Shown here: piece by piece, positions 52,283 to 64,000 of the stretch | Numbering within the stretch: position 1 is the first letter of the stretch | Layout of the letters: the number at the start of each line of letters is the position of its first letter | Notes under the pieces: generated by a model | Told to the model about the DNA's origin: nothing | Database searches by the model: none | The model's input: the letters and a program-made list of their open reading frames with translations, nothing else | Origin: the human T2T-CHM13v2.0 reference genome, Homo sapiens | Length of the DNA: 64,000 bases | Assembly (NCBI RefSeq): GCF_009914755.1 | Contig: NC_060938.1 | Direction: 5' to 3' (one strand) | Position numbers and translations under genes: made by a program

Positions 52283-53062
52283 CTTTGTGGTTTTATCTGC
52301 TTCTGGTCTTTGATGATGGTGATATACAGATGGGTTTTTGGTGTGGATGTCCTTTCTCTTTGTTAGTTTTCCTTCTAACAGACAGGACCCTCAGCTGCAG
52401 GTCTGTTGGAGTACGCTGCAGTGTGAGGTGTCAGTGTGCCCCTGCTGCAGAGTGCCTCCCAGTTAGGCTGCTCGGGGGTCAGGGGTCAGGGACCCACTTG
52501 AGGAGGCAGTCTGCCCGTTCTCAGATCTCCAGCTGCGTGCTGGGAGAACCACTGCTCTCTTCAAAGCTGTCAGACAGGGACATTTAAGTCTGCAGAGGTT
52601 ACTGCTGTCTTTTTGTTTGTCTGTGCCCTGCCCCCAGAGGTGGAGCCTACAGATTGATCTCAGACTGCTGTGCTAGCAATCAGCGAGACTCTGTGGGGTA
52701 GAACCCTCTGAGCGAGGTGCGGGATATAATCTCATGGTGCGCCGTTTTTTAAGCCTGTCGGAAAAGTGCAGTATTCAGGTGGGAGTGACCCGATTCTCCA
52801 GGTGCCGTCCGTCACCCCTTTCTTTGATTAGGAAAGGGAACTCCCTGACCCCTTGTGCTTCCCGAGTGAGGCAATGCCTCACCCTGCTTCGGCTCGCGCA
52901 TGGTGCGCGCACCCACTGACCTGCGCCCACTGTCTGGCACTCCCGAGTGAGATGAACCTGGTACCTCAGATGGAAATGCAGAAATCACCCGTCTTCTGTG
53001 TCACTCAGGCTGGGAGCTGTAGACCGGAGCTGTTCCTATTCGGCCATCTTGGCTCCTCCCCC
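52283..53062 (-). promoter_or_regulatory. L1 5'UTR internal promoter with intact YY1 site (53041-53050) and a ~125-130-bp internal deletion
   Basis: AAGATGGCCG YY1 motif; the UTR is 780 bp versus ~905-910 bp canonical. Confidence 0.88.
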
Positions 53063-53612
53063 GGAAGCTTTGTAACTTGATATAATTCCATTTGTCTATT
53101 TTTGTTTTGGTTGAGTATGCTTTTGACATTTTACACAAAAAAGTTTGCCCAGATAAATGTCATGGAGTGTTTCCCCAATGTTTTCTTCTAGTAGTTTCAT
53201 AGTTTTGGGTCTTAGATTTAACTCTTTAATCAATGTTGGTTTGATTTTGTGTATGGTGAGAGATAGTGGTCTAGTTTCCTTTTCTCCATATAGTTATTTA
53301 GTTTTGCCAGCATGATTTATTGAAAAAGATGTCATCTTCCCACTTTTTGTTCTTGGTGCTTTTGCCTTTGCTGAAGTAGAGTTGGCTGTAAATGTGTGGA
53401 TTTTCATCTGGGCTCTCTGTTGCATTCATTTTGTCTATGTGTGTGTGTGTTTTATGTCAGTACCATGTGGTTTTGGTTAATATAGCTTTGTAGTAAATTT
53501 TGAAATAAGGTAGTGTGATGCCTCCAGGTTTCTTCTTTTTGCTCAGGATTGCTTTGGTTTTTCAGGGTCTTTTGTGGTTCTAGAAATATTTAGGATTATT
53601 TACGATCCTATG

Positions 53613-54110
53613 ATATACCCAAAGGATTATAAATCATTCTATGAAGAGACATGCACATGTATGTTTATTGCAGTACTATTCACAATAGCAAAGACATGGA
53701 ATCAACCCAATGCCCATCAATGATAGACTGGATAAAGAAGATGTGATACGTATACACCATGGAATACTATGCAGCCATAAAAAAGGATGAGTTCATGTCC
53801 TTTGCAGGGACATGGATGAAGCTAGAAACCATCATTCTCAGCAAACATAACACAGGAACAGAAAACCAAACATCGCATGTTCTCACTAATAAGTGGAAGT
53901 TGAACAATGAGAAGAGATGGACACAGAGTGGGGAACATCACACACTGGGGCCTGTTGGGGGGTTGGGGGCAAGGGGAGGGATAGCATTAGGAGAAATACC
54001 TAATGTAGATGATGGGTTGATGAGTGCAGCAAACCACCATGGCACATGTATACCTATGTAACAAACCTGCATGTTCTGCACATGTATCCCAGAACTTAAA
54101 AAGAAAAAAA
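53613..54110 (+). mobile_element. Short L1PA7/8-like 3' fragment, no TSD
   Basis: ORF2 end plus 3'UTR 'cctaatgtagatgatgggttgatg...cagaacttaaa' and A tail. Confidence 0.88.
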
Positions 54111-55763
54111 GATTACACTGGTTCTGTCAATTGCTTTGGGTAGTATTTTCATTTTAAGAATATTTGTTTTTTTTAATTCAGGAACATAGAATATCTTTTT
54201 TTGGTATCCTCTTAAATTACTTTATCAGAGTTGTATAGCTTTTCTTGTAGAGATCTTTCAATTCTTTAGTTAGATTGATTGCTAGGCATTTTATATTTTT
54301 TGTGGCTGTTGTAAATGGGATTGATTTCTTGATTTCTTTTTCAGATTGTTTATTGTTGGTATTTATAAAGGATACTAATTTTAATACGTTGATTTCATGT
54401 CCTGCAACTTTACTGAATTTCTTTATCAGCTCTAACAGTTTTTTTAATGGAATCTTTATGTTTTTCATGTTTTTATGAACAAGGTTAATTTGAATTTTTT
54501 CTTTCTAATTTAGATGCCCTTTATTTCATTCTCTTGCCTAATTGTTCTCTCCAGGACTTCCAGTATTATGTTGAATAACAGTGGTGATGCTGGGCATCCT
54601 TATTTTGCTCCAGTTCTTAGAGAAAAGACTTAATTTTTTTTTCCCATTCAGCACAATGTTGGCTGTGGGGTTGTTATATATGGCTATTATTATTTGAGGT
54701 ATGTTCTATCTATACCCACTTTGAGAGTTTTTATCATAAAGGATTTTGAAATTTATTGAATGCTTTTTCAGTGTCTATTGAAAAATTATATATTTTTTGT
54801 TCTTGATTTTGTTAATATCATGCATTATGTTTATTGACTTGCATATGACAAACCATCCTTGCATTGCTGGAATGAATCCCACTTGATTATGGTGAATGAT
54901 CTCCTTCATGAATTACTGCATTCTATTTGCTAGTATTTTGTTGAGGATTTTTGCATTGATGTTCATCAGTGATACGGGCCTATATATATTTTTTGCTGTG
55001 TCCCTGTCTAATTGTGTATCAGGGTAATGCTGGCCTTATGCAATGGGTTTGGAAGTGTTTCTTTCTCTTTAATTTTTTTGAAGAGTTTGAGTAAAACTGG
55101 TATTAGTTGTTCTTTAAATGTTTGGTAGAAATCAGCAATGAAGCCATCAGGTACTGGGCTTTTCTTTCATAGGAGACTTTTTGTTATGGCTTTGTTCTCA
55201 TTGCTTGTTATTGTTTTGTTGAAATTTTTCTATTTCTTCATGTTTCAATATTAGTAAGTTATATTTCTCTAGGAATGTATTCATTTCTTCTAGATTTTCC
55301 AATTTGTTGGCACATAGTTGTTCATAATAGTCTCTAATGATTCTTCGTATTTCTGAGGTCTGAGTTGTTATGTCTCATTTTTCATCTTTGACTTCGTTTT
55401 TGAAGGGCTTCTCTTTTTTTTCTTAGCCTAGCTTAATGTTTTTCAATTTTGTTTATCTTTTAAAGACCTTTTCATTGTGTTGATTTTCTGTGATTTCCTT
55501 TGTTTCAATTTTATTTATTTTTATGCTGACTTTTATTCTTTCTTCTACTAATTTGGATTTGGTTTGTTACTGCTTTTTTAGTTCCTTGATATGCACTATT
55601 AAGTTATTTATTTGAAGTAATTCTACTTTTTTGATCTAGGCATCTATTGACATAAAATTCCCTCTTCATACTGCTTTTCCCATATTCTATAGATTTTGGT
55701 ATGTGATTTTTTTTCATTTTCATTTGTTTCAAGAAATTTAAAAGTTTCCTTCTTAACTTCTTT

Positions 55764-56211
55764 TTGTAACTTCTATTTTAAGTTCAGACATAAAAGTGCA
55801 GGTTTGTTACGTAGTTAAACTTGTGCCATGGGGTTTGTTGTAGAGATTATTTCATCATTCAGGTATTAAGCCTATTACCCATTTGTTATTTTTTCTGATC
55901 CTCCCTCTCCTCCCACCTGCCACCTTCCAAAAGGCCTCTGGTGTGTGTTGTTCCTCTCTATGTGTTCTCATCAGTTAGCTCCTATTTAGAAGTGAGAACA
56001 TGTGGTATTTGGTTTTCTGTTCTTGTGTTAGTTTGCTAAAGACAAGGCTTAAAATAAAGGGGTGAAGGAAAATCTACAAGGCCAATGGAAAACAGAAGAA
56101 AGTAGGGGTTTCAATCCTAGTTTCTGACAAAATAGACTTTAATCCAAAAAAGATCATAAGAGACAAAGAAGGGAACTACATAATGGTAAAGGGTTCAATT
56201 CTCCAAGACTA
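55764..56211 (-). mobile_element. Small twin-primed L1P: 3'UTR (minus, 55764-~56042) joined to an inverted endonuclease-domain fragment (plus, ~56043-56211)
   Basis: 13-bp TSD tcttaacttcttt at 55751-55763 and 56212-56224. Confidence 0.87.
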
Positions 56212-56675
56212 TCTTAACTTCTTTATTGATCTATTGGTTGTTCAGAAGCATGTTGCTTGATTTCCATGTGTTTGTGCATTTTCTGAGGTTCTTCTTGGTA
56301 TTGGTTTTTAGTTTTATCCCATTTTGGTCAGAAAAGATATTTGATATTTCTATTTTTTTGAATTTGTTCAGACCTGTTTTGTGGCCTAAGATATGGTCTA
56401 TTCTGGAGCATGTCCCATGTCCTGATGAAAACATTATGTCTTCTGCAGCAGTTGGGTGAAATGTTCTGTAAATGTTAATTAGGCCTATTAGATCTAGTGT
56501 GTAGTTTAATTTTTTTGTTTCTTTGTTGATTTTCTGTCTGGATGATCTGTCCATTACTGAGAGTGGGGTGTTAAAGTCTCCTACTGTTATTGTATTGCAG
56601 CCTCTCCTTTTAGATCTATTAAAGTTTTCTTTATATACTTGGGAATTCCAGTATTGGGTGTGTAGATTTTTATGA

Positions 56676-57095
<420 letters not shown>

Positions 57096-57383
57096 TCATT
57101 TATCATTTTAAGTTGAATGGAATATCTTTTTCCATCTGCTCATTTTCAGTCTATTTGCATCTTTCTAGGTGAAGTGGGTTTCTTGAAGGCAGCATATGAT
57201 TGGGTTTGGGTTCTTTATCCATTCAACCATTCTATTTTTGAATTGGAGAATTGATTCCATTTACATTCAGTGTTATTATTGATAAGAAAGATTTATGACT
57301 GCCATTTTGTTACTTGCTTTCTGGTTGTTTTGAGACTCCTCTTTTCTCTTCTTCTTCTTCTTCCTCTTCCTCTTCTTCTTCTA

Positions 57384-57658
57384 TTTTTTTGTTTTTTTAG
57401 ATGGAGTCTCTCTCTGTTGCCAGGCTGGATCTCAGCTCACTGCAACCTCCGCCTCCTGGGTTCAAGTGATTCTCCTGCCTCAGCCTCCCAAGTAGCTGGG
57501 ATTACAGGCACATGCCATCACACCCAGCTAATTTTTGTATTTTTAGTAGAGACAGGGTTTCACCATGTTGGCCAGGATGGTCTCGATCTCTTGACCTTGT
57601 GATCCACCCGCCTCAGCCTCCCTGCTGGGATTGCAGGTGTGAGCCACCGCACCCAGCC
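57384..57658 (-). mobile_element. AluSc-like with (CTT)n-derived tail (57340-57382)
   Basis: Alu body with small internal deletions; 'gatctcttgacct'. Confidence 0.9.
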
Positions 57659-57698
57659 ATTCCTTTCTTCTTTTCTTCCTGTCTTCCTTTGTTGCTAA

Positions 57699-58083
<385 letters not shown>

Positions 58084-59505
58084 TGCTTTTTCTTTTTCGT
58101 TAATCTATTGTATGTTTTTGTGCTGTGGTTATCATGAGTCTTTCAAAAAACATCTTATAGTAATAACAAGTTATTTTAAAGAGATGACAACATATCTTTG
58201 ATCAAAAATATAAGAATGTAAACAAGCACACAAAAATTCTATTCTTTAACTTTATCCCCCTACCCACTTTGACTTTTAGTTGTCTCAAGTTACACTTTTT
58301 ATATTATCAATCTCTTAACAGATTGCTGTAGCTATTTTTATTTTTGATAGATTTGTCTTTGTGGCTTTATACTAGAGTTATGAATGGATTGTCCACCAGC
58401 ATTACAGTAACAGAGTATTCTGGTTTTGTTTCTTTACTTAATTTCACCGGTGAGTTTCATACCTTGAAAAGTTTTCTTTTTGCACATTAGTGGTTTTTTT
58501 TTCCAAAAGGAAAAAATTCCTTTTGCATTTTATGTAAGATGGGTCTGGTGGTGGTGAATTCTCTCAGGTTTTGTTTGTCTGGGAAAGACTTTACCTCTGC
58601 TTTTTAGTTTAAGGATAATTTTGCTGGAAATAATATTCTTAGATGGCAGTTGTTTGAAAATGTTATTCCACTTCTTCCTGGCCTATATGGTTTCTGTTGA
58701 GAAGTCTGTTGCCAGACAAATTGGAACTTTTTAATATGTTATTTACTTATTTTCTCTTGCTGCTTTTAAGATCCTCCTTTGTCCTTGACCTTTGCAAGTT
58801 TGATTGTAATAAGCCTCAGGATACTTTTATTTGTATTTAATCTGTTTAGTGTTCTCAGACCTTCCTGAACTTGGATATTTACATCTTTTTCAAGTTTTGG
58901 AAAATTTTCTGCTATTATTTATTTGAATAAGCTTTCTATCCTTGGGTCTTGCTTAACTCCCTGTTGAACATTAATACTTCTTAGATTTGGTCTTTTGAGA
59001 TAATTTTCTATCTATTATGGGTAATTGTCATTCCTTTCCGTTTTTAAACATTTTCTCTCCTCTGACTGCGTATTTTTCATTAGGCAATGTTTCAAGTTCA
59101 CTGGTTCTTTCCTTTGCTAGGTTCATTCTGCCATTGAGAGCCTCTAATGAGTTCTTCAGCTCAGCAAATGTGTTTACCAGTTCCATAATTTCTGTTTTGT
59201 TTTTCAAAATTATTTCAATCTCTTTGTTAAATTTTCTGATACATTTTTGAATTGCTTTTCTGTCTAATGGATATCACTGAGTTTCCTTAAAACTGCTATT
59301 TTGAATTCTTGGAGAGCTCACAAATCACTATCTTGTTAGGGTCAGTAATTGAATTCTTGTTTGTTTTTTTGGGGGAAGGTCATAGTTTGCTGTTGTTTCT
59401 TGTGCATATATGTCTATGTCTTTGCATTGAAAGATTATTTATTTAGTCCAGCTTTCTGTGTTTAGCTTGTTCTCAATTTTTATTGGATATATTCAGCATC
59501 CTCAA

Positions 59506-60516
59506 GTGGAGGATGATGAATTTGATCAGATACAAAGAATGATCAGATATCAAAGATGGGAGATTCTTGCTAAACTGACTTAAAAGAATTCTTGCTAAAA
59601 CCGAGCTGTGCAAAGACAAACACAGAAGCCCAAAAGTGAAGACCTTCACAAGAAAATGACTCAGAGGAGCCTGACTAAATTTGGTCAAGGAGAGACTCTT
59701 TTTCAATGGAAATATAAAAAATTATCCCTCGCTCTATATCTGTTTGGGCTCCTTAGCTGCCACCATCCCCCAGATGATGTCTGATCACCTGGGCCTGCTT
59801 TCAGCAAGAATCCTGTTAGGTTAACTTAACCAAAATCTCATTGATGTTTCCTCTTAGTAATTTTCTATCCACTGACCCCCACTCTGCTCCTTGGCTATAA
59901 ATTTCCATGTGCTCATGCTGTATTCATAGTTGACCCCAATCTCACCCCACTGCAGAATTCAACTCCAGTTGCCGAGACCAACTCGGTCATGGAGCCCCCA
60001 ACCCAGTGGCGCTAGAGGAATAAAGACAAAGACACAGAAATAGGGTGCAAAGTGGGATCAAGGGGCTAATAGCCTTCAGAGCTGAGAGCCTCAAACAGAG
60101 TTTGACCCACCTATTTATTGACAGTAAGCCCGTGATAAACATCATTTCTGCAGTTTTTAGATTAACTAAAAGTATTCTTTACAGAGAACAAAGGGACAGG
60201 CTCTGGCTTGTTATCTGCAGCAGGGACATGTCCTTAAGGCACAGATCACTCTTGTTTGTGGTTTAGGAATGCCTTGAGCGGTTTTCCACCCTGGGTGGGC
60301 CAGGCGTTCCTTACCCTCATTCCCTTAAACCAGCAACCTCCAGCGTGAGCATCATAGCCATCACAAGCAGGTCACAGTGCTGCAGAGATCTTGTTTATGG
60401 CCAGTCTTGGGGCCTGTTTCCAGCATCCAGTGGTCCCTGTATTGATTGCTGTAGTCCTGAATAAAGTCTTCCTTACCATGCTTTAATAAGTGTCATTGAA
60501 CAATTCTTTCTTTAAT
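59506..60516. mobile_element. MER31-like ERV1 LTR: 5' half inverted (59506-59705, minus), 3' half on plus (59760-60516), interrupted by MER9
   Basis: Minus 'tgaaaaagagtctctccttgaccaaatttagtcaggctcctctgag'; plus 'ccaccatcccccagatgatgtctgatcacc...ggctataaa...aataaagtcttccttacc'. Confidence 0.78.
59970..60425 (-). mobile_element. MER9 (HERV-K9/HML-3) solo LTR
   Basis: TG...CA ends; 'ccagtggcgctagaggaataaagac'; exact 6-bp TSD tccagt (59964-59969, 60426-60431), typical of betaretroviral integrase. Confidence 0.88.
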
Positions 60517-60559
60517 GCCCACTGCCTGATTGGTTACTTTTTTCCACAAAACTTCCCTG

Positions 60560-61750
60560 ACCTACCATATATTTATTTTAAAAATTTATCTGTGTCTCTC
60601 CACAGAATACAAGCTTCAGAAGAAGGCTCTTTGCCTGCATTTCTTTGCAGTACTCCCAAAACCTAGAATGATGCCTGCATATAGTGATTGTTATGTTTTG
60701 AATCAATGAAAAAAAGCCAGTGAACCATAAACCTATTCCTTTTTTTCCCTATTCTTGTTGTCATCAAAACTTAAGATCTCTTAGCCCTTATCTTGCTGCC
60801 TCCATAGCCATCCCCATTGCAGCAGTTGCTGAATCTGTGAGATCTCTTAGTGTAGTATCTTTGGTATCTGTTCTTTGGTTCAGATTCCAAAATGATAGAC
60901 GCTACTTCAGGCCCTCTTAAACTCTTGTCTGGATTAGGAATATAAACACATACTTTGCATTTTATATCTTTTACTTATCTATTTTGTTTATATAGTACTG
61001 TTACATTCTTTAGATTAAAAAAAAATCATAGCAGTCCTGGGAGGAAATTATATTTTAATTATATGGAGCTTTGGGAAGGCAGAAATTTGCCTTAGATGAC
61101 TCATTTAGGGGCAGAGGTAGAACCTGATTCCCCTTTCCCCACCTTCTCTCCGTAGCCTCTTCCTTTATTATACCTTGTTACATTAATTTCCTGATTTTTA
61201 TCACTTCTTCGCTTCAGAACTTTTGGGTTTTCATGGCTTACAGAGAAAGTATAGTCTTAGCCTGGCACTTAAGGCCTTTACTATTTGTTTCCAATCTATC
61301 ATTTTTTTCATTCAAAATTATGTCCCACATTGTAAGCTTCAGGCAAAGTGACCTCTGTATAGTAACTTGGACAAATAACAAATCACTTGTTGTTTCTGTA
61401 CTTTCGCTCTTGCTGTTCTCTCCACTTGACTGTTCTTAGCGGGTTAGATCATTCAAGGCTCACCTTCTCCACGAAGGTTTTTAAATATCCTCCTTTTTTT
61501 GATCTTAGCTGTACAAAAATGCCTTTTTATTCTGAACTCTAACCCTTTACCTGTAAGTCTTTTATAGCATTTAGAGAAGAATCTTGGAAAATAGTTATAT
61601 GTATTCATTTTATCCCTGTAGGTCTATATCTTATTGCCCTGGAGCAGAAATAGTCACTGAAAAAATTTTGTTTACTGTGGCCCACTCTCATCTCCCAATA
61701 TCAACTAATATGGACATTGCTTTGTACATATTAGCTCCTGATAGGTGGGT
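60560..61750 (+). mobile_element. Degraded L2 fragments (with a possible MIR piece at ~61030-61130)
   Basis: L2 3' end 'agaatacaagcttc...cctagaatgatgcctgcatatag...tgaatcaatgaa' and pyrimidine-rich L2 body. Confidence 0.5.
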
Positions 61751-61829
61751 AGAACAAAAGATTTATCTTTTGGGTGAATTGAGACATATCATTTAACCTC
61801 ATATAATTCGCTGAGAATACACCGTGTTA

Positions 61830-64000
61830 AAATTAGCTCAAGCAGAGCTAATGTGTGCCGCTCTCATGGAGAGGAATGGAGGGGGCGAGTAAATACAGCA
61901 CCTTCAACTGAAACATCCAGGTACATGCATTGGGACTAATCAAGGAAACAACTTGTCCCATGGAGAATGGAGAAAAGCAAAGGCAGGATGACTGCCCACT
62001 TGGGACCAACATGGAGCCAGGGGAAACTCTCCCCACCAGGGAAACAATGAGTGAGTGAGCAACTCTGAGAACCCATGCTTCTTCCATGGATCTTTGCAAC
62101 CCTCAGGTCAGAAGATCTTCTCATGAATGCGCTCCACCAGGACCTTCAGTCTGACATGCAGAGCTATGTGGTGGAGTCTTGGCAGAGCAGCTGCTCAGGC
62201 ACACACAGAGCCTGAGGAGCCTTAGATATCCAGGCTTCCCAGCAAAAGCAGCTGCAGTTCCGGCAAAGTGGGAAGTTAAGACTCCTGTACATATCCCTAG
62301 GAAAGAGGCTGAATCCAGGGGGCTGAGCAGCGGTGGTGTGCAGGTCCTACTTCCATGGCATCTCATAGGGTAAGACCCGCTGGCTTGGAACTCTAGCCAG
62401 CCACCAGTAGCAGTGTTACACCTCCCTGATGTGTAACACTCAGAGGGAGGGGCAGGCTGCCATCTTTGCTTTGCTTTTTCACAGCCTCAGGCACTGTTGC
62501 CTTAGGGATATAGGGAGTCTGAGGCAACTAAGGACTGGAGGGGTCTCCCACCACAGCCCAGCGGCTGTACGGAGGAGCAGTCAGACTGCTTATTTGCGCA
62601 CATCCCAAATCCTATTTCTCTTCACTGAGCGTTATCTCCAGATGGGGGTCTCCAGTCACCCCCACTGGTGTTTTCTGGCTGACAGCAGCTTCAGACCTCC
62701 CTGGGATGGAGCTCTCAGAAAAAGGGGTGGACTGCTATCTTTGCTCTTTCACAGCCTTAGCAGTTCTTGCCTTTGGGCTTTGGAGAGTCTGAGGCAACTA
62801 GAGGCTGGAGCGGACCCCCAGCACAGCACAGTTGCTCTACAGAAATGGCCAGACTGCTTTTTTTTACACAGGTCCCTGGCCCCATTCCTCTTCACTTGGC
62901 AGGATCTCCTTACCAGGCTTTCCAGCCACATATTGCAGGTGTGTTTGGGAAGGCAACAGGTTTGTACCTCCCTGGGATGGAGCTCCCAGAAGGAGGGACA
63001 GGCGCCATCTTTAGTATTTCATAGCCTTCACTATTGATACCTTCAGGAACTGAAAAATCCCAGGTGACTAGGGACTGGAGCAGATCCCAGCATACTGCAG
63101 CAGCCCTATGGAAAAGAGGCCAGATTGTTATGTGGGTGCCCACTTCCATATCTCCTCACTGGGTAGTTCTTCCAGGTCTGGGTCTCCAGCCACTGCCAAC
63201 TGGGGCTATGGAGCCAGTGGCAGCTCTGCAACTCCCTGGACAAGAGCTCCCAGTGGGAGGGGCGGGTTGCCATTTTTGCTGTCTCACAGCCCTTGCCCTT
63301 GCTGTCTTCAGGCTCTGGAGAGTCATGGGGACCAAAGGCTGGTCCAGACCCCCACACAGAGCAACCATCTTACAGAAAAGTGGCCAGACTATTGTCCATG
63401 CAGATCTTGGTCCTCAGTTCTCCTCACGGGGCAGGGTTGCCCAGCTTGAGACTCTGGGACAATCACCCTGCCCCTGCCTGATCACCACAATCAGAGGCAG
63501 CCCAGCAGTTCTCCAAGGAGGAAATCCCAGAGTCCATTCACAACCCCTCCATTACTACAGTTGCAGTGGTACAGTCCTAACAGCCCTCAGACTGGGAAGA
63601 AACAAAGGGCTTAGTCATTATGCTGGCACCTCCAGCACGTCATAGCCACCATACGGAGAAGAGTCCAGTTCCTTTTCCCTGGGAACCCCCAACCCACACT
63701 CTTCATCAGGCAGGTCCCCTGGCTCATGAATGCAGAACAATCACCGCACCCATGGCTGAGCGTACCCACTGGTAGTGGCCTGGAGTTTCCCTAGGGAGAG
63801 GCTCCAAGAGGCATATGGCTGTCCCTCTGCCACTGCCACAGCAACAGTTCTATCCCTACTTCCCTCAGCCTGGGGAAGAAACAAAGAGCCTGAGGCCTAT
63901 ACCAAGTTTACAGCACACCACAGTCACCATGTGGAGAAGAGACCAATCTCTCCTCCTAGTGAGCCTTCAACTGCCTTTTTCCCCAGTAAGTGGAACCCCA
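61830..64000 (+). mobile_element. 5'UTR of an older primate L1 (L1PA15-16/L1PREC2-like), running off the window; contains four ~270-bp tandem units
   Basis: 'ggagaggaatggaggggg cgagtaaatacagcaccttcaactgaaacatccagg'; repeated 'cctccctgggatggagctc' units. Confidence 0.75.

Noticed and set aside
62429-63645. Two ~200-aa ORFs
   Set aside because: Chance ORFs in a GC-rich tandemly repeated L1 5'UTR; no recognisable domain

Overview
Primate (human/great-ape-like) non-coding genomic DNA, AT-rich and dominated by interspersed repeats. No host protein-coding gene, RNA gene or CRISPR array can be supported. Essentially all long ORFs in the track are LINE-1 ORF1/ORF2 remnants or chance ORFs in LTR/Alu sequence. 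The window holds a full-length but inactivated L1PA2-type element with a perfect 16-bp TSD (47145-53062), two 5'-truncated L1PA3-type copies, two twin-primed (5'-inverted) L1s, several older L1PB/L1MA elements nested inside each other, about 10 Alus, a complete THE1 provirus nested in another THE1 LTR, MER9, MER31, MLT and ERVL LTRs, and L2/MIR/MER5 relics. Subfamily names come from recalled diagnostic motifs, not a RepeatMasker run. I found no new gene system. The unexplained structure is mutational. (1) Three neighbouring young L1 copies share non-consensus variants in mutually incompatible combinations, suggesting local ectopic gene conversion. (2) There are two large locally templated inverted insertions (10.8-11.6 kb; 35.3-35.7 kb copied from 39.2-39.5 kb and 34.6 kb). 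(3) There is a micro-inversion splitting a MER31 LTR. (4) At least six small fold-back (hairpin-templated) insertions are present. A strong CTCF-like motif and a weak 60-nt exon candidate lie in the main unique-sequence island (16.6-19.5 kb).
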